Source: Cyanidioschyzon merolae
Lineage: Eukaryota
Strand: one strand, 5' to 3'
DNA length: 64,000 bases
Assembly (NCBI GenBank): GCA_000091205.1
Contig: AP006500.2
Below, piece after piece: positions 1-11,640 of this stretch. The notes under the pieces are model-generated. The model ran no database searches. It was not told the DNA's origin and saw nothing but the letters and a program-made list of their open reading frames with translations. A program made the position numbers and the translations under genes. Position 1 is the first letter of the stretch. Every line of letters starts with the position of its first letter.

Positions 1-546
1 GCAAGCCCGGGTGACCTCGGTTCTGCGCTGCAGGAAGCGAGCTGCGCAGTTGTTCGTACGGAGCGCGGCGGCAAAGTTACTTACCACGGACCGGGTCAGG
101 TCACTGGTTACGCTGTTATGAACCTGAGACGATATCGCTGTGACCTGCGGTGGTACGTTTCCTTGCTCGAGGAGGTTGTGATTCGGTGCCTGCGCGACTT
201 TGGAATACCCGGCGAGCGACGCAGTGATCATCATGGGGTCTGGGTTGCCGGGGGAACCCGCAAAATTGCCTTTATTGGCGTGAGCGTTAGCCGTTGGGTC
301 ACCTGCCATGGGTTTGCCCTGAATGTCAACCGGGAGGTGCTCCCACCGTTCCGACGTATCGTTGCATGCGGTCTCGATGGCAACACCGTGACTTGCATGC
401 AGGATCTGCTGCCGCATCCGAACACCTGTTCCGCAGAGCAGGTGCGCAACTCACTTGCCACGCACTTTAGTGAACTGTTCGATGTTGCACTGAAACCTTA
501 CGCATCTTCGGCGGCGTCGGGAACAGATTCGCGATCAGGTACTTGA
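1..546 (+). CDS. Octanoyl/lipoyl transferase (LipB/LIP2 family), 5'-partial; the reading frame is already open at base 1
   Basis: Frame 1 translated from base 1 reads ...RGGKVTYHGPGQVTGYAVMNL..GVWV..KIAFIGVSVSRWVTCHGFALNV..ACGL. These are the hallmark LipB motifs (TYHGPGQ, KIAAIG…RWVT.HG.ALNV). Stop at 544-546. Confidence 0.8.
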   Translation, partial: ASPGDLGSALQEASCAVVRTERGGKVTYHGPGQVTGYAVMNLRRYRCDLRWYVSLLEEVVIRCLRDFGIPGERRSDHHGVWVAGGTRKIAFIGVSVSRWVTCHGFALNVNREVLPPFRRIVACGLDGNTVTCMQDLLPHPNTCSAEQVRNSLATHFSELFDVALKPYASSAASGTDSRSGT

Positions 547-1412
547 TAACAGCGATGAACGCTATCCTGTTTCGAACGCTGCCGCCATCTTAGGAACTCG
601 ACTGTCGATAGCGATGCCCAGTTGCTTGTTCTGTAGATGCAAAAACACGACACGATTTGGGTTCATGCCAGGTGCAATTGCGGCAGAGAAGACGATGACG
701 CGAGTACACCTGCGCCAGCGTTGGGAAGCTAATCAGGCACTTGTCTGGCAATCTCGTTGTCGCTGGAGCGTGGCACCCCGAAGAATCGTGTTTTATGTGC
801 TGCAAAAAAAAGCCCGGCTTTGCAACGCTGCTGATTTGTTGGCGCTTATGGCCGCAGTAAGCGCCAGGCCTCTGGGTAGACTTGGCAGATCAAGTCGTAG
901 GGTCGGATCGATGCATCCAGAACCATTTGTGACATGCATCCGGCTTTGGCGCTACAGCGTTGACAGCGACGTCGGATCACATCTACAGCGCTAGCCACCG
1001 AAAGCATTCACAGAATTCCGAGCTTTTCTGAACCAACATACGCATGGGCGCCTGCGCAGCTGAAACATGTTGGCATCGATGGAGGTACGCCAGCCGGTGA
1101 TCCGCCGGGCGTACGCGAGTGATCTGCAGCTGTGATCCTTCATATGTACATGAAAGAGACTAAATGTTCAACTATGTACTGTTGGCTCTCTAGCGTAAGA
1201 ACTAGAGCGCGAGGCCTTCTTTGCAACAAAACCGTTTACCTGGGAATCCGCCTAACGAAACACCAAGGTATTTCGAGCTGTGTTCTGGGCACTCTTTTGC
1301 TGGACAGGTCCCCGCCCGCTGGTACAAGCACCAATATCAACAACTTCGTCGTTCCCAATAGGTCAGTGAGTGGCGTAACCACGGCGGACTCGGCACAACT
1401 TGTTCTGCCAGG

Positions 1413-1988
1413 ATGAAACGAACTGCGTTCGCACCTGGTTTGCCGCTGAACCGAAGAAGACTTGTGAGGACAGCGCCGCGTGCAACGGGAGCTGGTACGG
1501 CGCGTAAACCTGCACAGCGACCACTCGTGGCAGGCACTACTGCGTCCAACGGCGCGGCACCCGTCAGGGGTATCGCAACGCGCAAGAGACGTGGAGGTGC
1601 GCTGCCCGGTGACCCCGCTGCACCCAAACACAACGTCACGATTCTAAACTACCGCGATGATGAGTCTCTGACGCTCGCTGTTCCCGAGGACCGCTACATA
1701 TGGTGGTATTTCCGGGAAAATGGTTATGAGCTGCCGTCATCGTGCCTGAACGGGTGCTGCACCACGTGCGCCGCCAAGATCGTTCGCGGCAGTCTAGAGC
1801 AGCCCGAGGCGCTCGGACTCACACGAGAGTTCCGTGACAAGGGCTATTGTCTACTGTGTGTAAGCTATCCGCGTTCCGCACTCGTGCTGGTCCTTCAGAG
1901 CGAGGACGAGGTCTACGAGCAGCAGTGGGCAACAACTTTCGAGAGCGGCGGCAAACGCTGGGGCGGCCTCATCCCAGAGGAAGACTAG
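1413..1988 (+). CDS. Plant-type [2Fe-2S] ferredoxin with a roughly 75-aa N-terminal presequence and a C-terminal extension
   Basis: ATG verified at 1413. The core reads ...YELPSSCLNGCCTTCAAKIVRGSLEQ...GYCLLCVSYP, which is the C-x4-C-x2-C ... C ligand pattern and LTCVAYP-like motif of plant ferredoxins. The N-terminus is Arg/Ala-rich. Confidence 0.8.
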   Translation: MKRTAFAPGLPLNRRRLVRTAPRATGAGTARKPAQRPLVAGTTASNGAAPVRGIATRKRRGGALPGDPAAPKHNVTILNYRDDESLTLAVPEDRYIWWYFRENGYELPSSCLNGCCTTCAAKIVRGSLEQPEALGLTREFRDKGYCLLCVSYPRSALVLVLQSEDEVYEQQWATTFESGGKRWGGLIPEED

Positions 1989-3040
1989 GCGCTGCGAAAA
2001 TCGCTGGTGAATGCGGCAAGGGTTCCACGGGAGCTCGCTTTGTTCTCTGACGCACCACGTGTGTGAAATAGATACCGAGGAAACACGAGAAGCCGCATTT
2101 GTTTCGGACGTATCACCGAAAATACGCCACGGTCTGCGGAGCGCCAGCGCCGCGTTCCAAGGAACCGGCCTCCTTCTTCTTCACCAAAAGGTTGCAGGAG
2201 GTTATGTAGCCTACCGCGAACGGCTGCCATTCAGACCGTGCGAAAAAGCAGTACGACTGGACAATGATCTGACAGTCGCCGCACCTCTTCGCGCTTTACT
2301 TGCGTTTGCTGAAACGCTGCGCCGTAGATCTCTATATCAAAGCGAATATAGCTGTCGACGATGTGTGCGGCAGCACTGGCGCTACAACAGAAGTAGTCTA
2401 AGCGCCATCCTCGATTCTGGAAGTAGTTCTGGACATGCCGATACCCGATGTAGGAGTAGGCGCGGACAGATGGATGCAGCCAGCGGAACGTGTCCAGGAG
2501 TGCGCATTCCTACAGGGTTTGCGAAAAACTCGCCCGCTCCTCATCAGTAAAGCCCGCATTACAACAAATCCCATCGGGATCGAGGTATCGATTTCCTGGT
2601 GGGCGCAGGTCCAGTCACTGCACCAGGTCCTCTCTGTCTTCGGAGGCTTGGTTCGGAATGTATGCCGAATATCTCAGAACTATCCCAAAAAGCTCCACAG
2701 GACGCACCGACCAAAGCACATACTGCCGAGCTGGGATCGAATACCCCCGAATGCGAACGGGATTATCGCATTGGAACCGTCCTCGTCTGATCACTGACAA
2801 GCGCCCTAGGATCTGTTCCGAGCGCTCCACAGTGCCGGTTCGCACTGGAGTCAACGATTCAGATCTCCCATGACTGCTGCAGATCCTCGTCGAACAAGGA
2901 GCGATCAGATCTCTGCGAGGATTCTCTTCACTGAGCTGGGCTTGCAAATTATAGTGCACACGGAATATCACGTTTCCCATTGGCGTACGTTCGCTCCGTC
3001 AATGCCATCCGCATCGAGGGCGTCCGATGCGTCATCGAAA

Positions 3041-4168
3041 TCACTGTACATTGGAAACTGGCTGCTCGGCAGGGTGCTGCCCGTTGGTCTGCTCATCGGC
3101 AACAACCTCGAGGGTCGGGAATTCAATGAGGCACTCGGCAGCGCGAACGACATCGGCGATCCTGACATCCTCCATTTTCGGGATCGGGACCCGAGGCTGG
3201 TTCGCTCGGTCGGATTTCAGATATACCGAAAAGTGCTCAGTGTCTGCAACGAATCGTCGTATCTGGAGGCGCTCGAGGGCCTCGGCCATTGTGACATGCT
3301 CTGGGCAGCGGTCCAGTGCGAGGACACTATCGTTCGGCGCTTGCGCTGCAACCGAAACGAAGCACTCAATTCGCCATTCGATGCAATCCGCTGCTGAACG
3401 ATACATCGATGTATTCCGGCGGTGCTTGGAAAATACTTCAGGTAAAAGTTGAAGTCGGATGCCGCGCTTCGTTGCAGCACGTTGGACGGCTGCCAAGCGC
3501 CTCCGCCGTGCGTGGTCCTCCGCTGCGGTGGGCCCGCGTAACCGCGGCACCGAACCGCCGCCAGACAGTATTTGCTGGACGTATCGCTTATGACTCTGTT
3601 GACGTAGTTCAAGATCTTCCAAAAACGCATAGTCACGAAGAAGTTGCTTCAGGTCGTAGTCAGTGCGCGGAATAAAAGCGTATCGGGTTGTCTCGAGCCG
3701 GCCGGAACAACCAGCTTCCCTATGTCCACGATAGCAGTCCAGAGAGCACAACCGTCGCTGACATACCGGGCACTTGTAGACAGCCTCGTGCTGGTTTTCG
3801 CACTGAGAGCACCGCTTTCGGGCTTCGGTGCCTGCAGGGGTTAGGGCTTTCGCGTGGCTGTCGCTGGCGGTGTCGACGTCAGGTTGTGCATCGAGCTCCG
3901 TCGTGGTGGAGACGGAGCGTTGCCCAGGCCGCCACGAGACGTCTGCAACGTCGTCCGTCACAACACCGTCCCGACAAAAGGTATCTCGATCCATGCAACG
4001 ACGAGACAAGGTACTTGGGAGACGGTGCGGAGCGCATGCCGCTGCGAGTGCCAGGAACGCCATACCATAGATGTATACGTCTAGACAAAATGGTCTATCC
4101 TTGCGCACCGCGCTGTAGCGCTCTTCCGGCGGTGCGTCAACCACGCATGAACCACGAGCAGCGAGCAT
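3041..4168 (-). CDS. zf-HIT domain protein (HIT-type zinc finger), otherwise uncharacterised
   Basis: CSQCENQHEAVYKCPVCQRRLCSLDCYRGH matches the zf-HIT consensus (C-x2-C…Y-x-CP-x-C…YCS-x2-C-x3-H). The ORF track starts at a TTG at 4228; the first in-frame ATG was verified at 4168 (reverse complement of cat at 4166-4168). The start is uncertain. Confidence 0.55.
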   Translation of the reverse strand: MLAARGSCVVDAPPEERYSAVRKDRPFCLDVYIYGMAFLALAAACAPHRLPSTLSRRCMDRDTFCRDGVVTDDVADVSWRPGQRSVSTTTELDAQPDVDTASDSHAKALTPAGTEARKRCSQCENQHEAVYKCPVCQRRLCSLDCYRGHREAGCSGRLETTRYAFIPRTDYDLKQLLRDYAFLEDLELRQQSHKRYVQQILSGGGSVPRLRGPTAAEDHARRRRLAAVQRAATKRGIRLQLLPEVFSKHRRNTSMYRSAADCIEWRIECFVSVAAQAPNDSVLALDRCPEHVTMAEALERLQIRRFVADTEHFSVYLKSDRANQPRVPIPKMEDVRIADVVRAAECLIEFPTLEVVADEQTNGQHPAEQPVSNVQ

Positions 4169-4320
4169 GTGTTTCCCGCGTGAACAAGCAAGTAGCTCTG
4201 TTGGAGCTGAAAATCCAAACGATTGCAATTGTAGAAGGAACCGGGAACCTCGCGTACGAGACAGCTGTTTGCAGGAAGCACGAGGCGGCTCCCATGGACG
4301 GAGCAGCTAGATGTTTTTTT

Positions 4321-5848
4321 GGATGCGCATGGAACACTGAACTGCTGCTCGTTCTATGGGCGCTTTTCGGTTCCCCGGAGCTTGATTCGATGTGTGGTCT
4401 CGAATATTGGCGTGCGGACACAGGGGGTTACGGTTCTACACAGCCCAGTCTGGCATTCTCGTTCTCGTTTACAGAGACGCTGCTTCGACGCTTTTGCCGC
4501 TGGAATGCTTGACGTTCCCGGACTCGTCTTGATTCCGATAACGTCTGTGAACAAGCGCTCGCAAGTCAAAAGATATCTCTCGGCAATGTACGCGCACAAA
4601 CATCCATGCTTCCCCTTTTGCTCGCCTGAAGCATGCGCAAATCACGCATGCTTCCAATGAAGACCTGCCTCTGATGCACACAAACTCGACGTCGTCCACT
4701 GTAGCGTTCGCCACAAGCAGATGTCACGCGCGCTCTCACCGAACGCTGCCCAAACGAACGGCTCTGTCCAAAATCCATATCCTCGTCCCTTTCTGGTCAT
4801 CGATGGAACGGCTCGCGACACCAGCGTGATACCCCGCGCGGGATGCGCGCCCAGAGGCTCCCGTCTCTCATGTGTGCATCGAAAGGCGCCCTGGACTCGG
4901 AAGTCAGATATCCAAGCGATCGTCCCGAAGCACAGACCGCGTCACCGCTGTGCACGAAGCGAGCCTCGACAAACCGTAATTTCTCGACTTGATCTCCAGC
5001 GCGGCATCGCGTTGCGGTGCCCGCCCCATCGTGGCCAACACGAAACGACCAGCGTATCCGAGAGCAAGTATGGGTAATGGAACTTGAGGGTAGGCGCTTC
5101 ACCATGGACGCTTTCCCGAAAGCCATTACCCACTCCGAATTCCGGGATCCATGGTCAATCTGAACGTTTTGTCGTCTGAATCGTGCCCGACATCGCGTTC
5201 CGCACGTCCTCTGTCGAAGGCGCTGCGTGCGCTTGCGCGTGCACCTGCCAGCCTTCAGGGCTAACCGATTGCCGAGCTCGAGCCCGTGCTCATAGCGTGC
5301 GACACTGGGCTTGGAGGCAGAGGCGGGCATCACGTACGGCCTCCTGCGCTCGTCAACGGCACGTACCGAGCGAGGAGGAAAGCGTGCAGGTGCCAGAGGG
5401 CGACGCTCGGGGGAGCAGGAGCTGGAGCTGGCGCCGGAGCTGGCGTCCGAGTTGTGGGCGCACCGGCATACCCGGTTGCAGTCCGGTGGCGTCCCTTGCA
5501 GCGGCGCCACCGAGACCGTCTACGAAGCAGACGGGCATGAAATGCGGAGCGTAGATCGCAGCGATCGTCGGTGTATCCACTGCGTCAACAATCGCGTGAA
5601 GCTGCGGTATCGCGAAGCGAACTCGGGCATCAACACCTATTGAGTGCTGACAACGAAGGTGGATGCAAGTGAGCGTGCGGCACATGCACTGCCGTATACA
5701 AGAGACAGAAGCAGGAAGCAGGTGCAGCAAAAGCCTGCAGCGGCAGGTGCTGACGATTGTGACGAACTACCCAAACTTTGGAGCCTACGCTCGAGTTAGC
5801 GTACTCGACCAGCTCCATTTCATTTTGACCTGGAGGCAGAGGTATTCA
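4321..5848. repeat. Dispersed repeat copy R1 (1,528 bp), contains a decayed Tc1/mariner-like transposase segment
   Basis: Colinear with 10113-11640 at a constant offset of 5,792 bp with no indels. Translated ORFs differ by only about 1% (237-aa ORFs differ at 3 residues). Residues ...LVIDGTARDTSVIPRAGCAPRGSRLSCVHRK... (4721-5077) resemble the Tc1/IS630 DDE region. Confidence 0.9.
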
Positions 5849-6347
5849 CGGGAGGCATGCGGTGATCGGTAGACAATCCCAGTTCCCGATCGAGACCGCA
5901 TCATGATTCCAACGCCCTGGAACAAGCACATTTGGAACCGCAAAGTGGTTCAGCTTCCACGTGGAGAAGCAGTACCCAGCTTTTCCGCTTTATACACGCT
6001 CAAGCGGTAACCGTCAGCACGCCTCGCATCCGTTCGTCGGTTTCAAATGCGACCGTTGCCCTGGACACTCGTCCACGCTGCACCCGAATATCGCCCAGAT
6101 TCCGAGTCGCCCGAACAAACTGAGCAACAAAGCCACCTGGTGCAGCATGGACTACAGTGCAGCGGACACCGCGGATGCATGAACGCGCGGCCTGATACCA
6201 AACAGCTTAGCTACCAACCATATTTATCGGATGAGCGCGTGCCTATCTTCGAACTAGCGCATACCTCTCTCTCTCAAACCAAAATTCCCCATCATGATCC
6301 CGTTCCTTTGAGAGCCGCCAAGGGCCGCCTCGTGCGCGCTACGCTAT

Positions 6348-9300
6348 TCAAGAGCTCGCGACTGCCGTTCGGACACGTCCCTCATCGGTGCCGGACCTTG
6401 CAGCAGAACCGGTCGTTGACGGGTGCATCATTTCGGGTACCGGTGGACACGAGCACACCAGATTCCGATCACCGTACACGTCATCGATGCGAGAGGTTCG
6501 CGGCCAGAACTTGCCGCGCGCGTAGAGCCAGCTTGCCGGGAAGGCGCCAATCTCGCGCGGATACGGCCGATCCCAGGTATCCGCACTGACCACCTCTGCC
6601 GTGTGTGGTGCATACTTGAGCGGATTGTGCTGCGGATCCCAGCGACCCTGCTCAATCTGGCGAATCTCTTCGCGAATCATCAGCATCGCATCGCAAAACC
6701 GATCGAGCTCATCGATACTCTCGCTCTCCGTCGGTTCAATCATAAGCGTTCCAGCCACCGGCCATGACATGGTAGGAGAATGGAATCCATAGTCCTGAAG
6801 GCGTTTCGCCACGTCCGATTCCGTAACACCTGCACTAAGCTTGAACGGACGTAGATCCAGGATAAACTCATGTGCGCATCGTCCGTGCTTCCCGCGATAC
6901 AGAATCGGATACGCCGGCGACAAGCGCGCCGCCATGTAATTCGCATTCAGGATCGCCTGTTCGCTGGCCTCGCGCAAGCCGTCGCTACCCATCATTTTCA
7001 CAAACATCCACACAATCGGCAGGATGGATGCAGAGCCGTACGGCGCCGCCGCAATCGGCCCAATCGCGGTATCGGGGTGTGCGCTCGCCACCGGGCGCAC
7101 CGGATGCGACGGCAGGAAAGGCGCCAGCGCCTCTGTCACGGCGATCGCGCCGACGCCGGGCCCGCCGCCGCCGTGCGGGATCGTCAGCGTCTTGTGCAGG
7201 TTCAGGTGACACGCATCGCCGCCGATCTCCGCGGGCGACGTGAGGCCCATCTGCGCGTTCAGGTTTGCCCCATCGATATACACCAGACCTCCGTTTGTGT
7301 GAATGATGTCGCAGATTTCCTTGATGCCCTCCTCGAACACTCCGTGCGTGGAGGGATACGTGATCATGGCTGCGGCGAGCTGATCTCGATGTTGCTCCGC
7401 GCGAGCACGCAGTTCGGCGATATCGATGTTGCCCTGGGCGTCGGTACCGACCGGGATGATACGCATACCTGCCATTTTGGCGCTCGCTGGGTTTGTTCCA
7501 TGCGCCGATGTCGGTACAATGCATACCTTGCGTTGGTGCTGGCCGCGGGCCTTGTGGTACGCCAAAAAGGTCATCAGGCCGGCGTATTCGCCCTGGGCGC
7601 CGCTGTTCGGCTGCAGAGACACGGCTGCGAATCCTGTGATATCCGCGAGATCACGTTCGAGATCTGCAAACAATCGTTGGTAGCCGCGCAATTGTTCGGG
7701 TGGTGTAAAGGGATGCGGCAGGGAGAACTCTGGCCACGATACAGGGATCATCTCGCTGGTGGCGTTCAGCTTCATCGTGCAGCTGCCCAGAGGAATCATG
7801 GAGTGCACCAGCGACAAATCCTTGGCTGCTAGTTGATGGATGTATCGGAGCATCTTGTGCTCCGTGCGATACTCGTGAAATACCGGGTGCGTCATGTATG
7901 CGGTTGTTCGTTCGAAGGCCTGGGCAAGGTTCGGCTCGAGGCCGCCAAAACCGCTCGGTGGCAGCGATGCAGCGATTTGCTCCAGCTCCTCGCCAGAGCA
8001 TGGACGTTGCGGACCGCGAAAAGCTGAGACAAGCTCCTGGAGGTCGTCGCGAGTATGCGTTTCGTCGAACGATACAGAAATTGAGCGGGGCCCCAGAGAT
8101 CGTACATTCAGTTTTGCCGCATCGCAGCGCGCTAGCACCGCTTGCGCCGCCTCTGTGGTCGGGTAATCGATGCGCACGGTATCAAAAATTGCAGCCTTTT
8201 CGCTGACACCCACGCCGACTGCAGCGGCGAAGGTGCGGGCGAAGCGTTGTACGCGATTGGCGATAGCACGGAGGCCATCCGGTCCATGATACAGCCCATA
8301 CATTGCGGAAATGTTCGCAAGCAACGCTTGAGCGGTGCAGACGTTGCTTGTTGCCTTATCGCGACGAATATGCTGTTCGCGGGTCTGCAGCGCCATGCGC
8401 AGTGCCGGTTTGCCCTGAGCGTCGCGACTAATGCCGATAATTCTCCCTGGCATGAGACGCTTGAGATCGTCACGGCAGGCGAAAAACGCAGCCGATGGAC
8501 CACCATACCCCATGGGAACACCGAAGCGCTGTGCACTGCCCACGGCGATATCAGCTCCCCATTCTCCAGGCGGTCGCAGCATCGTCAGAGCCAGGAGATC
8601 TGATGCAACAACGACGCGTGTGCCATGCGCGTGCGCATTCTCCACAAACGACGTATAGTCATGGATCGTGCCGTCCGTTGCGGGATACTGCACCAGCGCA
8701 CCACACAAGTCGGCTCCATCCCACTGCACCTGCTGCCAGTTGTCCACGACAAGCTCGATGTCCATGGGCTCTGCACGCACCTTCATGACTGCAATCGTTT
8801 GCGGATGCACATCCTTGTCGACGAAAAATCGAAGCTTCTTGCGCTTCGAGACAGCAGCACACATACTCATCGCTTCGGCTGCCGCAGTTCCCTCGTCAAG
8901 CAGTGAGGCATTCGCTATAGGCAGGCCCGTGAGGTCCCCCACCATTGTCTGGAAGTTCAGCAGGGATTCCAAGCGTCCCTGCGCAACTTCAGCTTGATAT
9001 GGAGTGTACTGCGTATACCAGGCAGGGTTTTCCAGGATGTTTCGCTGAATGACTGGAGGCATGATGGTACCATAGTACCCGCAGCCGATAAAGTTACGTC
9101 GCAGTTCGTTCTGTTTCGCGATCTGCCGCAGCTCAGCGAGCACCTCAGACTCGGCGCGCTTTGGCCCAACGCTCAGCTTCCGCGTCGTGCGAATCGACTT
9201 GGGAATCGTCTGATCCATCAGTTCTTCGATACTTTTCACACCAAGAACCTGAAGCATTTTTTCGTTCGCTTCCGGGTTCCCAGAGCCGGTATGTCGTTTG

Positions 9301-9554
9301 TAGAACAGGTCCAGCGGCGCAAACGCCGAACTCGATGCCCCTCGCCGGAACTCTGCCTGTAAACGCCAACTCAACGCCGACCTCAGTGAATGGTAAGCAC
9401 CCGCGACGCCTACACCACGTACAGGAGCTCCTACCACTGAATTACCGGTGTGGTAGCGAGAGCGTGCTGAATTAAGCCAGCGCTGCGTGTCCGCACCGAG
9501 CGCACGTCGACGAGTTACCGACCCGCTGACGCGAGTGAGCAAGAGGCGAAACAT
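6348..9554 (-). CDS. GLDC: Glycine dehydrogenase (decarboxylating), glycine cleavage system P-protein, with a mitochondrial presequence
   Basis: A 1068-aa single exon; ATG verified at 9554. The full-length two-domain P-protein shows (TQYTPYQAE..., PLP-dependent core, ...HLNLHKT..). The N-terminus MFRLLLTRVSGSVTRRRALG... is presequence-like. Confidence 0.95.
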   Translation of the reverse strand: MFRLLLTRVSGSVTRRRALGADTQRWLNSARSRYHTGNSVVGAPVRGVGVAGAYHSLRSALSWRLQAEFRRGASSSAFAPLDLFYKRHTGSGNPEANEKMLQVLGVKSIEELMDQTIPKSIRTTRKLSVGPKRAESEVLAELRQIAKQNELRRNFIGCGYYGTIMPPVIQRNILENPAWYTQYTPYQAEVAQGRLESLLNFQTMVGDLTGLPIANASLLDEGTAAAEAMSMCAAVSKRKKLRFFVDKDVHPQTIAVMKVRAEPMDIELVVDNWQQVQWDGADLCGALVQYPATDGTIHDYTSFVENAHAHGTRVVVASDLLALTMLRPPGEWGADIAVGSAQRFGVPMGYGGPSAAFFACRDDLKRLMPGRIIGISRDAQGKPALRMALQTREQHIRRDKATSNVCTAQALLANISAMYGLYHGPDGLRAIANRVQRFARTFAAAVGVGVSEKAAIFDTVRIDYPTTEAAQAVLARCDAAKLNVRSLGPRSISVSFDETHTRDDLQELVSAFRGPQRPCSGEELEQIAASLPPSGFGGLEPNLAQAFERTTAYMTHPVFHEYRTEHKMLRYIHQLAAKDLSLVHSMIPLGSCTMKLNATSEMIPVSWPEFSLPHPFTPPEQLRGYQRLFADLERDLADITGFAAVSLQPNSGAQGEYAGLMTFLAYHKARGQHQRKVCIVPTSAHGTNPASAKMAGMRIIPVGTDAQGNIDIAELRARAEQHRDQLAAAMITYPSTHGVFEEGIKEICDIIHTNGGLVYIDGANLNAQMGLTSPAEIGGDACHLNLHKTLTIPHGGGGPGVGAIAVTEALAPFLPSHPVRPVASAHPDTAIGPIAAAPYGSASILPIVWMFVKMMGSDGLREASEQAILNANYMAARLSPAYPILYRGKHGRCAHEFILDLRPFKLSAGVTESDVAKRLQDYGFHSPTMSWPVAGTLMIEPTESESIDELDRFCDAMLMIREEIRQIEQGRWDPQHNPLKYAPHTAEVVSADTWDRPYPREIGAFPASWLYARGKFWPRTSRIDDVYGDRNLVCSCPPVPEMMHPSTTGSAARSGTDEGRVRTAVASS

Positions 9555-9794
9555 TCAGCAAGGCAGCACGAGACTCTATGTAAACTTCCTCGACTTGACT
9601 GTCACAGCACTATGGGACTCGGCTCAGCACCAACCGTGAACGACAGCGCAAACAAACAAGCGTTTACAGACGTTGACGCCTTGTGAACCAGACCTAAAGT
9701 CTAGCTCAGGCAGATGGTACCAGCGCGATGATAGCGTCGGCGGCACCCGCAGCAGCCAGCGATGCGTACTGCCTGGTGATGAATCGGATGGCAG

Positions 9795-9945
9795 CGACGG
9801 GAAGCGCGCACGCACACACACCTGCCGCAGCCGCACGATCGACACTCAGATCAGCGCCAGCGACAGGAAGCGCGCGCGCACACACACCTGCCACAGTGGC
9901 AGGATCGACACTCAGATCAGCGCCAGCGACAGGAAGCGCGCGCGC
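9795..9945. repeat. Minisatellite, about 60-bp unit, roughly 2.5 copies
   Basis: gaagcgcgc(a/g)cgcacacacacctgcc(g/a)cag..gatcgacactcagatcagcgccagcgacag is repeated head-to-tail. The translated ORF shows KRARTHTC.SR.IDTQISASDR repeated. Confidence 0.8.
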
Positions 9946-10112
9946 ACGCCCATCGCAGGCGAGGCGCTGCCTGGAGTCATCACGCCGCGGCGTCAGAGCG
10001 GCAGCCGCTGGGCGCGCCACGTATGACGTGATCTCGCAGGCACACAGCCACGGAAGCAGTGCGCGCGCGTGCTGATGCCGTCCGGCAGGCGTCGACTGCT
10101 TTAAGGATCGTA

Positions 10113-11640
10113 GGATGCGCATGGAACACTGAACTGCTGCTCGTTCTATGGGCGCTTTTCGGTTCCCCGGAGCTTGATTCGATGCGTGGTCTCGAATATT
10201 GGCGTGCGGACACAGGGGGTTACGGTTCTACACAGCCCAGTCTGGCATTCTCGTTCTCGTTTACAGAGACGCTGCTTCGACGCTTTTGCCGCTGGAATGC
10301 TTGACGTTCCCGGACTCGTCTTGATTCCGATAACGTCTGTGAACAAGCGCTCGCAAGTCAAAAGATATCCCTCGGCAATGTACGCGCACAAACATCCATG
10401 CTTCCCCTTTTGCTCGCCTGAAGCATGCGCAAATCACGCATGCTCCCAATGAAGACCTGCCTCTGATGCACACAAACTCGACGTCGTCCACTGTAGCGTT
10501 CGCCACAGGCAGATGTCACGCGCGCTCTCACCGAACGCTGCCCAAACGAACGGCTCTGTCCAAAATCCATATCCTCGTCCCTTTCTGGTCATCGATGGAG
10601 CGGCTCGCGACACCAGCGTGATACCCCGCGCGGGATGCGCGCCCAGAGGCTCCCGTCTCTCATGTGTGCATCGAAAGGCGCCCTGGACTCGGAAGTCAGA
10701 TATCCAAGCGATCGTCCCGAAGCACAGACCGCGTCACCGTTGTGCACGAAGCGAGCCTCGACAAACCGTAATTTCTCGACTTGATCTCCAGCGCGGCATC
10801 GCGTTGCGGTGCCCGCCCCATCGTGGCCAACACGAAACGACCAGCGTATCCGAGAGCAAGTATGGGTGATGGAACTTGAGGGTAGGCGCTTCACCATGGA
10901 CGCTTTCCCGAAAGCCATTACCCACTCCGAATTCCGGGATCCATGGTCAATCTGAACGTTTTGTCGTCGGAATCGTGCCCGACATCGCGTTCCGCACGTC
11001 CTCTGTCGAAGGCGCTGCGTGCGCTTGCGCGTGCACCTGCCAGCCTTCAGGGCTAACCGATTGCCGAGCTCGAGCCCGTGCTCATAGCGTGCGACACTGG
11101 GCTTGGAGGCAGAGGCGGGCATCACGTACGGCCTCCTGCGCTCGTCAACGGCACGTACCGAGCGAGGAGGAAAGCATGCAGGTGCCAGAGGGCGACGCTC
11201 GGGGGAGCAGGAGCTGGAGCTGGCGCCGGAGCTGGCGTCCGAGTTGTGGGCGCACCGGCATACCCGGTTGCAGTCCGGTGGCGTCCCTTGCAGCGGCGCC
11301 ACCGAGACCGTCTACGAAGCAGACGGGCATGAAATGCGGAGCGTAGATCGCAGCGATCGTCGGTGTATCCACTGCGTCAACAATCGCGTGAAGCTGCGGT
11401 ATCGCGAAGCGAACTCGGGCATCAACACCTATTGAGTGCTGACAACGAAGGTGGATGCAAGTGAGCGTGCGGCACATGCACTGCCGTATACAAGAGACAG
11501 AAGCAGGAAGCAGATGCAGCAAAAGCCTGCAGCGGCAGGTGCTGACGATTGTGACGAACTACCCAAACTTTGGAGCCTACGCTCGAGTTAGCGTACTCGA
11601 CCAGCTCCATTTCATTCTGACCTGGAGGCAGAGGTATTCA
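10113..11640. repeat. Dispersed repeat copy R2 (1,528 bp), direct orientation relative to R1
   Basis: See R1. Both boundaries were verified by eye (identity begins at ggatgcgcatggaac and ends at gaggtattca in both copies). Confidence 0.9.

Noticed and set aside
6870-8603. Long ORFs on the strand opposite to, or overlapping, the glycine dehydrogenase gene (for example 6870-7832, 320 aa; 8142-8603)
   Set aside because: These are typical antisense 'shadow' ORFs in 60%-GC coding DNA. They are Arg/Ala/Pro-rich with low complexity and no motif. The GLDC frame is unambiguous.
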